DNA of 64,000 bases, taken from positions 111,192 through 175,191 of the forward strand of contig NZ_JACHJJ010000017.1 of assembly GCF_014203605.1 (NCBI RefSeq), written 5' to 3'. Source of the DNA: Planomonospora venezuelensis. GTDB lineage: Bacteria; Actinomycetota; Actinomycetes; Streptosporangiales; Streptosporangiaceae. A program made the position numbers and the translations under genes. How positions within the stretch are numbered: position 1 is the first letter of the stretch; every line of letters starts with the position of its first letter. The notes under the pieces were generated by a model, which saw only the letters and a program-made list of their open reading frames with translations, was not told the DNA's origin and did no database searches. This document shows positions 1 through 7,751 of the stretch, one piece after another.

Positions 1-21
1 GCCAAGAAAGCCTGGAAGTAG
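1..21 (+). CDS. 3' end of an upstream CDS (..AKKAWK*), plausibly the solute-binding protein of the same ABC transporter; partial at the window edge
   Basis: Frame-1 translation AKKAWK ends with TAG at 19-21, immediately before the SD (AGGAGGG, 22-28) of the next gene. Confidence 0.2.
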   Translation, partial: AKKAWK

Positions 22-33
22 GAGGGAACGGCC

Positions 34-1593
34 GTGACCGACAGGTTGGACGGCCCGCAGGACCCGCGCGGCGACCTCGCCCGCGGGTCCTCCCCCGGAC
101 CGCACGACGCATCCCCCGCCTCCGGCGGTGCATCCCCCGCGCCCGGCGGTGCCTCCGGGGCGACCCGGCCGGCGGGCGACGACGGGGAGGTGCACCCCGC
201 GCTGTCCGACGTCCGCTCCGAGGACCCGCGGGCGCCCGCCGCCGCGCCGGAGGTCGCGACCGCCGGGCCCGCCGCCCCGGGGGCCGCTCCGGCGCCCGCC
301 AGGCGCTCCAGGCTGGGACCGCCGCCGACGATGGCGACCCTGTTCCTGCTCCCGAGCCTGGTCCTGCTCGGCGCGATGGTGCTCTATCCGATCGGCTACT
401 CCGTCTACCGGAGCCTCTACGGCGCGAACGAGAAGACCTTCGTCGGCCTGGACAACTACGCGGCGATCTTCACCGACTCCTCGACCCTGACCACCATCAG
501 GAACAACCTGATCTGGGTCGTGGTCGCCCCCCTGCTGGTCACCGTGATAGGCCTGATCTTCGCGGTGCTGACCGAGCGGATCCGCTGGGCGACCGCGTTC
601 AAGCTGATCGTGTTCATGCCCATGGCGGTCTCGCTGCTGGCCTCCGGCGTCATCTTCCGCCTGGTCTACGAGCAGGATCCGGACCGCGGCGTGGCCAACG
701 CCGTGATCTCCTCGGTCTCGGGCGTGTTCGGCGGCGGCCAGGGGTATCCGGACGCCCGGCCCAGGGGCGGCGACCAGTCCCCGGTCGCCGCGGAGGGCCG
801 CGCGGTGGTGAGCAGGCAGCCCGCCCGGCCGGGGCAGCCCGTGCTCCTTCCCCTGGTGGGCGTCAAGCCCGCCGACCTCGCCTCGGCCGCCCCGGCGAAG
901 GCCGCCCAGCCCGCGCCGGGCGAGCTGACCGGGACCGTGTGGGTGGACTTCACCCAGGGCGGCGGCGGCCGGACCAACCAGGTGGACGGCACCGAGAAGG
1001 GCCTGGCGGGAATGACCGTCGAGGCGGTCCAGGACGGCGCGGTCCGGGCGGAGGCCACCACCGAGGCCGACGGGACCTTCCGGTTCACCGGGCTGGCCCC
1101 GGGCGACTACGTCGTACGGCTCCCGCAGTCGAACTTCGAGGCGGCCTTCAACGGCCTGAGCTGGCTCGGCCCGACGCTCATCACCCCGGCGATCATCGGC
1201 GCGTTCATCTGGGTGTGGGCCGGGTTCGCCATGGTGCTGATCGCGGCAGGGCTCTCGGCCATCCCCCGCGACGCGCTGGAGGCCGCCCGCATCGACGGCG
1301 CCACCGAGTGGCAGGTGTTCCGCCTGATCACCGTCCCGCTGCTGTCCCCGGTGCTGCTCGTCGTGCTCGTCACAATGATCATCAACACGCTGAAGGTCTT
1401 CGACCTGGTCTTCGTCATCGCGCCGGGATCGGTGCAGCCGAACGCCAACGTGATCGCGCTGGAGATGTGGCGGGTCTCCTTCGGCGGCGGCGGGAACCAG
1501 GGGCTGGGCAGCGCGCTGGCCATCTTCCTGCTGATCCTCGTGCTGCCCTTCATGATCCTCAACATCCGGCGGTTCAGGAGGGACAACCAGTGA
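34..1593 (+). CDS. Carbohydrate ABC transporter permease (MalF/UgpA-like) with a Pro/Ala/Gly-rich N-terminal extension and an inserted beta-rich periplasmic domain
   Basis: GTG start 5 nt after AGGAGGG. TM-rich sequence LFLLPSLVLLGAMVLYPIGYSVYRSLYG..., and the EAA-loop region AIPRDALEAARIDGATEWQVFRLITVPLL typical of MalF-type permeases. The insert GTVWVDFTQGGGGRTNQVDG..GTFRFTGLAPGDYVV resembles an SdrD-B/Cna-B/carboxypeptidase-regulatory fold. Confidence 0.8.
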   Translation: MTDRLDGPQDPRGDLARGSSPGPHDASPASGGASPAPGGASGATRPAGDDGEVHPALSDVRSEDPRAPAAAPEVATAGPAAPGAAPAPARRSRLGPPPTMATLFLLPSLVLLGAMVLYPIGYSVYRSLYGANEKTFVGLDNYAAIFTDSSTLTTIRNNLIWVVVAPLLVTVIGLIFAVLTERIRWATAFKLIVFMPMAVSLLASGVIFRLVYEQDPDRGVANAVISSVSGVFGGGQGYPDARPRGGDQSPVAAEGRAVVSRQPARPGQPVLLPLVGVKPADLASAAPAKAAQPAPGELTGTVWVDFTQGGGGRTNQVDGTEKGLAGMTVEAVQDGAVRAEATTEADGTFRFTGLAPGDYVVRLPQSNFEAAFNGLSWLGPTLITPAIIGAFIWVWAGFAMVLIAAGLSAIPRDALEAARIDGATEWQVFRLITVPLLSPVLLVVLVTMIINTLKVFDLVFVIAPGSVQPNANVIALEMWRVSFGGGGNQGLGSALAIFLLILVLPFMILNIRRFRRDNQ

Positions 1594-2465
1594 CGGCCCC
1601 CACTCTCGGCGCGCCCCCGCGCAGCGCCCTCGGCCGGATCGTCGACCGGGTGGGCGGCGGCGTGCTCCAGGTGCTGCTCGTGCTGATCGGCGTCTTCTGG
1701 CTGATCCCCACCCTCGGCCTGTTCGTGGTCTCCATCCGCGAGGAGGCCGCCAACAACTCCAGCGGCTGGTGGACGGTGTTCACCAAGCCGGCCGAGCTGA
1801 CCCTGTCCAGCTACAGCAGCCTGCTGGCCAGCGGTTTCACCTCGTCGTTCTGGAACACCGTGCTCATCGCGCTGCCCTCGACGATCCTGGTGATCGGCAT
1901 CGCGGCCATGGCGGCCTACGCGTTCGCCTGGATGGAGTTCCCCGGCAGGGACGCGCTGTTCCTCGTGGTGGTCGCCCTGCTGGTGGTGCCGATCCAGATC
2001 GCGCTCATCCCGATCGCGAAGCTGTACGGCGCTCTCGGCATCTTCGGCTCCATCCCCGGCGTGGTGCTCTTCCACGTCGCCTTCGGACTCCCCTTCGCCA
2101 TCTTCCTGCTCCGCAACTTCTTCGCGGGCATCCCCGCCTCGCTGCTGGAGGCGGCCCGGATGGACGGCGCGGGAGAGTGGAAGATCTTCTCGACCGTGGT
2201 GTTCCCGCTGGCCAAGCCGGCGGTCGCCTCGCTGGGGATCTTCCAGTTCCTCTGGGTCTGGAACGACCTGCTCGTCGCCCTGGTCTTCGCCAACACCGAG
2301 AACCAGCCGATGACCAAGGCCCTCCAGTCCCAGATGCGGCAGTTCGGCACCAACGTCGACATCCTCGCGCCCGGCGCCTTCCTGTCGCTGATCATCCCGC
2401 TGATCCTGTTCTTCGCCTTCCAGCGCTACTTCGTGCAGGGAATGATGGCGGGCTCCGTGAAGTGA
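1590..2465 (+). CDS. Carbohydrate ABC transporter permease (MalG/UgpE-like)
   Basis: GTGA overlap with the upstream stop. Six-TM pattern, conserved permease loop AARMDGAGEWKIFSTVVFPLAKPAVASLGIFQF; 291 aa. Confidence 0.85.
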   Translation: MTAPTLGAPPRSALGRIVDRVGGGVLQVLLVLIGVFWLIPTLGLFVVSIREEAANNSSGWWTVFTKPAELTLSSYSSLLASGFTSSFWNTVLIALPSTILVIGIAAMAAYAFAWMEFPGRDALFLVVVALLVVPIQIALIPIAKLYGALGIFGSIPGVVLFHVAFGLPFAIFLLRNFFAGIPASLLEAARMDGAGEWKIFSTVVFPLAKPAVASLGIFQFLWVWNDLLVALVFANTENQPMTKALQSQMRQFGTNVDILAPGAFLSLIIPLILFFAFQRYFVQGMMAGSVK

Positions 2466-2732
2466 CCCGGTGGGCGAGGGAGGCGAGACGTGCCCGGCGG
2501 CGGGAACCGCACCCCCGCCGCCGGGCCTCCGCGGGGGCGGTTCCGGTACGGCGTGCCCGGCCCCGGCCGCGCACGCCGTACCGGAACCTCGGGTCTCCGC
2601 GCCCCGGGACGACCGGCCCGGCCGCCTGCCCGTTTCGGACGCGGACGCATCGGCGTCCGGTACATGATCCGGGGGGCGGACAGTCTGCGGAACCTTCGGT
2701 TAATGTCGGTAGATCCCGATAGGGTGCCGGGC

Positions 2733-3410
2733 ATGGCCGCACGACCGCTGAACGAACTCGTGGAATCCGGGTGGGCCGAGGCCCTGGAACCCGTCGCAGG
2801 CAAGATCGCCGAGCTGGGCGACTTCCTCCGGAAGGAGGTGGCCGAGGGCAGGCAGTACCTCCCCGCCGGGGACAACGTGCTGCGTGCCTTCAAGCAGCCC
2901 TTCGACCAGGTCAAGGTGCTGATCGTCGGCCAGGACCCCTATCCGACGCCGGGGCACCCGATCGGGCTGAGCTTCTCCGTCGCCGCCGACGTGCGGCCGA
3001 TCCCGGGCAGCCTGCGCAACATCTACAAGGAGCTCACCGAGGACCTCGGCCTGCCGATGCCGAGCAACGGCGACCTGACTCCGTGGGCCGAGCACGGCGT
3101 GCTGCTGCTCAACCGGGTGCTCACCGTCATGCCGGGCAAGCCCGCCTCGCACCGCGGCAAGGGCTGGGAGGTCGTCACCGAGCAGGCCATCAAGGCGCTG
3201 GTGGCCCGCGACAAGCCGCTGGTGGCGATCCTGTGGGGCAAGGACGCCCGTTCCCTCGTGCCGATGCTCGGCGACGTGCCGACCGTCGAGTCGGCCCACC
3301 CGAGCCCGCTCTCGGCGCGCAGCGGGTTCTTCGGCTCGCGCCCGTTCAGCCGCGCCAACCAGTTGCTGGAGAAGCAGGGCGCGACTCCGGTCGACTGGAA
3401 GCTGCCGTAG
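2733..3410 (+). CDS. ung: Uracil-DNA glycosylase (family 1)
   Basis: Motifs [22 protein letters not shown] (GQDPY) and [12 protein letters not shown] (HPSPLS); about 225 aa from the ATG at 2733. An alternative in-frame ATG lies at 2703. Confidence 0.85.
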   Translation: MAARPLNELVESGWAEALEPVAGKIAELGDFLRKEVAEGRQYLPAGDNVLRAFKQPFDQVKVLIVGQDPYPTPGHPIGLSFSVAADVRPIPGSLRNIYKELTEDLGLPMPSNGDLTPWAEHGVLLLNRVLTVMPGKPASHRGKGWEVVTEQAIKALVARDKPLVAILWGKDARSLVPMLGDVPTVESAHPSPLSARSGFFGSRPFSRANQLLEKQGATPVDWKLP

Positions 3411-3448
3411 TCTGATCGCACTCGCCCGTGGCACTAGGATCCTTGACC

Positions 3449-3802
3449 ATGAGCGATGAATTGGGCACCGAACGCTATCTCCGTCTCACGGTCGAGCTGA
3501 CCGTGGAGGTCCAGGACATCGGCGCCCTCCAGGCCGCCGCGCTGAAGGAGATCGAGCACCCCGACGCCGATCTGGACGACGACGAGCGCAGGGAGCAGGC
3601 GGAGATGGTCTCCGCCGACGAGACCGGCGCGACGGCGCTGCAGTGGCTGATCGAGCCGGACCACGTGCTGGGCCTGATCGAGCACGTGGACCAGGTGGAG
3701 CCCCGGGAGGCCGTGCTGGGCGTGGAGCCTTCCGACGGCCCCTCGGACGAGGACGACGAGCATGAGCACGACCACGGGCACGGCCACGGACACGACCACT
3801 GA
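3449..3802 (+). CDS. Hypothetical acidic protein with a His-rich C-terminus (..DEDDEHEHDHGHGHGHDH)
   Basis: Intact ORF with GC3-biased codons and an ATG at 3449 (MSDELGTERY..). The ORF track starts at an upstream in-frame GTG at 3428. No recognisable domain. Confidence 0.45.
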   Translation: MSDELGTERYLRLTVELTVEVQDIGALQAAALKEIEHPDADLDDDERREQAEMVSADETGATALQWLIEPDHVLGLIEHVDQVEPREAVLGVEPSDGPSDEDDEHEHDHGHGHGHDH

Positions 3803-3875
3803 CGCACCGCCGCTGGCACACAGCCACTGGCACACAGCGCTGACGCGCGTGCCCGGCCGCCGGCGTGGGCACGAA

Positions 3876-3907
3876 GGGCCGGAACCCGGACTCCCGGGTT
3901 CCGGCCC
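3876..3907. terminator. Perfect GC-rich hairpin (GGGCCGGAACCCGG-ACTC-CCGGGTTCCGGCCC) between convergent genes; likely a bidirectional intrinsic terminator
   Basis: 14-bp perfect inverted repeat with a 4-nt loop, placed between the ends of the 3449..3802(+) and 4041..4811(-) genes. Confidence 0.5.
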
Positions 3908-4040
3908 TCGCCGTTCCCGCGGCCGGGGAGCCGCGCATCGGTTCGCCCCGGCCGCCGCGCCTCGGGCCGGAGGCCGCGCCTCGGGCCCGAGGCCGGGGAC
4001 GCCGCCCCGTGCCGGGGCGTGAGGACGGCTCCCGGCACGC

Positions 4041-4811
4041 TCAGTGCTTGCGGCCGACCCCGCCCCAGCCGAGGATCGCCATGCGCTCCAGCGCGCTGGG
4101 GGAGATGAAGACGCCGTTGTCCAGGATCTCGAAGTCGCCGAAGAACATCTTGATCTCTTCCACCGTCCGCGGGACCACGCCGGAGCTCGCCCGGGAGTAG
4201 ACGCGCTTCACCGCGTCGGTGTCGCCGGCCCGCCGCTCGGCCATCGACAGGTGGGTGACCACCAGGAAACTGCCCGGCGCCAGCATCTCCCGGAGCTTGG
4301 CGACCTCGGCGTAGGGGTCGTCGAGGAAGTGCAGGAGCGCGACCATGAGCACGCCGACCGGTTCCTCGGGGTCGATCAGGCCGGTCCCCGTCACCCTGGC
4401 CCAGATCTCCTCCGGAGCGCGCAGGTCGCCCTCGACCATGGCGACCGTCGGGGCGCCGGCGAGCAGGGCCCTGCCGTGCACGCACACGATCGGGTCGTTG
4501 TCGACGTAGACCGTGCGGGCCTCCGGATCGACCTCGTGCGCGATCTGGTGCACGTTCTTCTGGGTGGGAAGACCCGCCCCGACGTCGACGAACTGGCGGA
4601 TCCCCGCCTCCGCCGCGAGGTACCGGACCGCGTTGCCGAGGAACTCGCGGTTGAGCCGCACACCCTCGCGCGACTCGGGGAACGCCTTGAGGATCTGCTC
4701 GGCGGCCTCGCGGTCGGCGGCGAAGTTGTCCTTCCCGCCGAGCATGTAGTCGTAGATGCGCGCGACGTTGGCCGTGCTCACGTCGAGGCCGTAGGGGTTC
4801 CGCTCGCTCAC
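4041..4811 (-). CDS. SAM-dependent methyltransferase (actinobacterial PF04672/SAM_MT family)
   Basis: ARIYDYMLGGKDNFAADREAAE..FVDVGAGLPT..VYVDNDPIV.. motifs. There is no in-frame ATG; the start is inferred at GTG (V107 of the ORF, top coordinate 4811) by alignment to the paralog at 10157. Confidence 0.75.
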   Translation of the reverse strand: MSERNPYGLDVSTANVARIYDYMLGGKDNFAADREAAEQILKAFPESREGVRLNREFLGNAVRYLAAEAGIRQFVDVGAGLPTQKNVHQIAHEVDPEARTVYVDNDPIVCVHGRALLAGAPTVAMVEGDLRAPEEIWARVTGTGLIDPEEPVGVLMVALLHFLDDPYAEVAKLREMLAPGSFLVVTHLSMAERRAGDTDAVKRVYSRASSGVVPRTVEEIKMFFGDFEILDNGVFISPSALERMAILGWGGVGRKH

Positions 4812-5071
4812 TGCCGCCACCTCACCCTGACACCGCCCGTTCCCGCAGACCGGCCCGGTAGATCGTCCGTGCCGTGATCGTAGCCGACGGAGCGTCTCTC
4901 CGAACCCCATTCGGACGCCCCGTCCCCGGCCGGCGGAGAACCGCCCGCGGCTTGCGTACGGCGGCCGCCTGCGGTTGCATCCGCCGGCGGGCCCGTTCCG
5001 AAAGAATGTCCGGGGGGCGCACGCCCGCCCCGGACAGGCCCCGGCACCCCCGGCGCGGAGGACGAGAGCGG

Positions 5072-6151
5072 ATGGACGAGCGACCGACCACGCAGGACGA
5101 ACCGGGCTACGGCATCGGCGCCGTCGCACGGCGGCTCGGCGTGCCCGCCCCGACCCTCCGCACCTGGAACCTCCGGTACGGCCTCGGCCCGAGCCGCCGC
5201 AGTCCCGGCGGGCACCGCCGCTACGACGCGGGTGACCTGCGGCGCCTGGAGGAGATGAACCGGCTGATCAGGAGCGGCGTTCCGGCCGCCGACGCCGCGA
5301 AACTGGTCCTGGGCCCCGGCTTCGCCCGGAATGCGGCCGCCGCGCCCGCCCGGGAGGAGCCCGCCCACGAGGCGCCCGCCGAGGACACACCGGCCGCAGG
5401 GACAGCAGGGGAGGACGGACCTGCCGCAGGAGCGCCCGCCGAGGACACACCGGCCGCAGGAGCGTCCGGCCGGGGGGCGGAGGAGCACGGCGCACTCTCC
5501 CGGCACGCGCCCGGCCGGTTCCCCGTACCGGAGCCGCGGCACGAGGTCCCGAGCGCGGCGATGCTGGCCCGGTCCGCGATCGCCCTGGACAGTCCCGCCC
5601 TGTCCGGCTGGATCGGCGCCGCGCTGGACAGGCACGGGGTCGTGTGGACCTGGGAGCGCCTGGTGCTGCCGGTGTTCGAGACGATCTGCAGGCGCCAGGC
5701 CGCGACCGGCGCCGCCGTCGAGGTCGAGCACGTGTTCTCCGACCGGGTGCTGGCGGCTCTCATCCAGTTGGCCAGGCCGCCCCGGGCACCGGTCAACGAC
5801 CGGCCGGTGCTGCTGGCCTGCGCCGAGGACGAACAGCACAGCCTGCCGATCTACGCGCTGGCCGCGGCGCTGACCGCCGACCACCGGATCGAGACCCGCG
5901 TCCTGGGCGCCCGGACGCCCTTCTCCGCACTGTCCGGGGCGATGCGCCGCCTCGGACCGGCGGTCGTGTTCGTCTGGTCCCAGCGGCCGGAGACCGGCGA
6001 TCCCGGACCGCTCACCCGGCTGCCCGTCTCGCGCCCGGCGAGCCGCGTCATGGCGGGCGGTCCCGGATGGCAGGACGGGCTGCCGCCGTCGGTGCCGCAC
6101 GTCACGTCGTTCCGCGACGCCCTCGACCTGATCTCCTCCGCCGTGCGCTGA
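5072..6151 (+). CDS. MerR-family transcriptional regulator with a C-terminal B12-binding-like domain (LitR/CarH-like)
   Basis: N-terminal MerR HTH (YGIGAVARRLGVPAPTLRTWNLRYGL..GHRRYDAGDLRRLEEMNRLIRSG). C-terminal Rossmann-like segment VLLACAEDEQHSLPIYALAAAL resembles the cobalamin-binding E-x-H-x-x-G motif. Confidence 0.7.
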   Translation: MDERPTTQDEPGYGIGAVARRLGVPAPTLRTWNLRYGLGPSRRSPGGHRRYDAGDLRRLEEMNRLIRSGVPAADAAKLVLGPGFARNAAAAPAREEPAHEAPAEDTPAAGTAGEDGPAAGAPAEDTPAAGASGRGAEEHGALSRHAPGRFPVPEPRHEVPSAAMLARSAIALDSPALSGWIGAALDRHGVVWTWERLVLPVFETICRRQAATGAAVEVEHVFSDRVLAALIQLARPPRAPVNDRPVLLACAEDEQHSLPIYALAAALTADHRIETRVLGARTPFSALSGAMRRLGPAVVFVWSQRPETGDPGPLTRLPVSRPASRVMAGGPGWQDGLPPSVPHVTSFRDALDLISSAVR

Positions 6152-6231
6152 GGGCCTCACCGGTCCCTTGTGATCATGAGCATGGACGGGTATGAATAAG
6201 TTTTGAATAGATTTCTGATCGAGGGGTCATC

Positions 6232-6756
6232 ATGGCCGGGGGAACCCTGAACGAGCGGCTCGCCGCCGGGGACGAGGCCGCGCTCGCGGAGTGCCTGCGC
6301 GCCCACTCGGCTCTCATCCGCTCCTACCTGCGCCGTTTCGTGCCCGCGCAGGAGGTCGAGGACGTACAGCAGGTGGTCTTCACCGAGGTCTGGCGCTCCC
6401 GGCACCGCTTCGACGCGGGCAGGAGCCTGCCCGCGTGGCTGCTCGGCATCGCGCACAACCGGGCGGTCGACCACCTGCGCGGGCGCACGCCGCCGACCGT
6501 GCCGCTGGACGCGGTGGCCGACCCGGCCGGCGCGGACGGCCGCGCCGACGGCGAGGGCATCGCGGACCGGGACCGGATCCGCCGGGCGCTGGCCGAACTG
6601 CCCGCGCCGCAGCGCCAGGCCATCGAGCTGGCCTACTACGGCGAGCTGACCCAGCGGGAGATCGCCGAGCGGTTGCGCGTCCCCCTCGGCACCGTCAAGG
6701 CCCGCACCGCCCGCGGCCTGCGCCGGCTGTCGGGCATCCTGGCCCCCGCCGCATGA
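6232..6756 (+). CDS. ECF (sigma-70 family, group 4) RNA polymerase sigma factor
   Basis: Region 2 VVFTEVWRSRHRFD..LPAWLLGIAHNRAVDHLR and region 4 LPAPQRQAIELAYYGELTQREIAERLRVPLGTVKARTARGLRRL. Confidence 0.85.
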   Translation: MAGGTLNERLAAGDEAALAECLRAHSALIRSYLRRFVPAQEVEDVQQVVFTEVWRSRHRFDAGRSLPAWLLGIAHNRAVDHLRGRTPPTVPLDAVADPAGADGRADGEGIADRDRIRRALAELPAPQRQAIELAYYGELTQREIAERLRVPLGTVKARTARGLRRLSGILAPAA

Positions 6757-7751
6757 AGGAGGACGTGAGCGGTATGGACAGTCATATGAAAGCTGATGCG
6801 AACGACGAGGTCAGGCCCTGTGTCGCGGTCTCCGGCTGCCTGATCGGCGAGCTGGTGCGCTTCAACGGCGGGCACAGCCGCGACCGCTTCGTCAGCGGGG
6901 AGCTGGACCCCTACGTCGACTGGGTTCCGGTCTGCCCTGAGGTGGAGATCGGTCTCGGCGCACCCCGCGAGAGCCTCCATCTGGAGCGCTCGTCCGACGG
7001 CCCCCACCTGATCGGCCGGAAGACGCGGGCGGACCACACCGCCAGGATGGCGGCCCTCGCCGCCGAGCGGGCGCGCGGCCTCGACGTGGACGGCTACGTC
7101 TTCAAGGCCAAGAGTCCCAGCTGCGGGATCCACGGCGTCCCGCTCTACGACGGGCAGGCCCTCGTCGACCGGAAGAACCGGGGCCTGTTCGCGGCCCAGA
7201 TCATGGACGCCCACCCGCTGCTGCCGGTGGAGGACGAGGGGCGGCTGAACGACCCGCTGCTGCGCGAGACCTTCGTCGAGCGGATCTTCGCCCACGCCCG
7301 GCTGCGCGCCTTCCTGGCGAGCGGCTGGAGCCCGCGGGACCTGGTCGCCTTCCACGCCCGCCACAAGATGCAGCTGCTCTCCCACGACCCCGTCGCCTAC
7401 GCCGAGGCGGGCCGCGTGGTGGCCCTGGCCGGCGTCCTCGACCGCCGGGAGCTGGCCGACCGGTACGGCCGCGCGTTCCGCACGGCCCTCAGCAGCAAAC
7501 CCAGCATCGGCCGCCACGTCAACGCGCTCCAGCACTGCGCCGGCATGATCGGCGACTCGCTGGACGCCGTCCGGCGGGCCGACCTGGCGGAGGCCATCGC
7601 CTCCTACCAGGCCGGCCTGGTGTCGCTCAGCGTGCCGGCCGCCCTGCTCCGCCATGACGCGCGGGGCGAGGGAGCGGACTGGGTGCGGGAGCAGACCTAC
7701 CTCGCTCCGTATCCCGAGGCTCTCCGTCTCCGCAACCACGTTCCCGCGTGA
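6753..7751 (+). CDS. DUF523/DUF1722 (YbbK/YbgA-like) protein
   Basis: ATGA overlap with the sigma-factor stop. N-terminal Cys-containing segment RPCVAVSGCLIGELVRFNGGHSRD typical of DUF523, followed by a DUF1722-like C-terminal domain. Alternative starts at 6774 and 6786. Confidence 0.6.
   Translation: MKEDVSGMDSHMKADANDEVRPCVAVSGCLIGELVRFNGGHSRDRFVSGELDPYVDWVPVCPEVEIGLGAPRESLHLERSSDGPHLIGRKTRADHTARMAALAAERARGLDVDGYVFKAKSPSCGIHGVPLYDGQALVDRKNRGLFAAQIMDAHPLLPVEDEGRLNDPLLRETFVERIFAHARLRAFLASGWSPRDLVAFHARHKMQLLSHDPVAYAEAGRVVALAGVLDRRELADRYGRAFRTALSSKPSIGRHVNALQHCAGMIGDSLDAVRRADLAEAIASYQAGLVSLSVPAALLRHDARGEGADWVREQTYLAPYPEALRLRNHVPA

Noticed and set aside
1107-2075. 322-aa ORF on the minus strand antisense to the ABC permease genes
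   Set aside because: It lies entirely antisense to two well-supported permease genes. Its Arg/Gly/His/Asp-rich composition is typical of stop-free wrong frames in 72%-GC DNA, and it has no motifs.
3475-4485. 336-aa and 150-aa minus-strand ORFs overlapping the acidic gene and the methyltransferase
   Set aside because: Arg/Pro/Gly-rich low-complexity translations that overlap real genes in other frames; high-GC artefacts.
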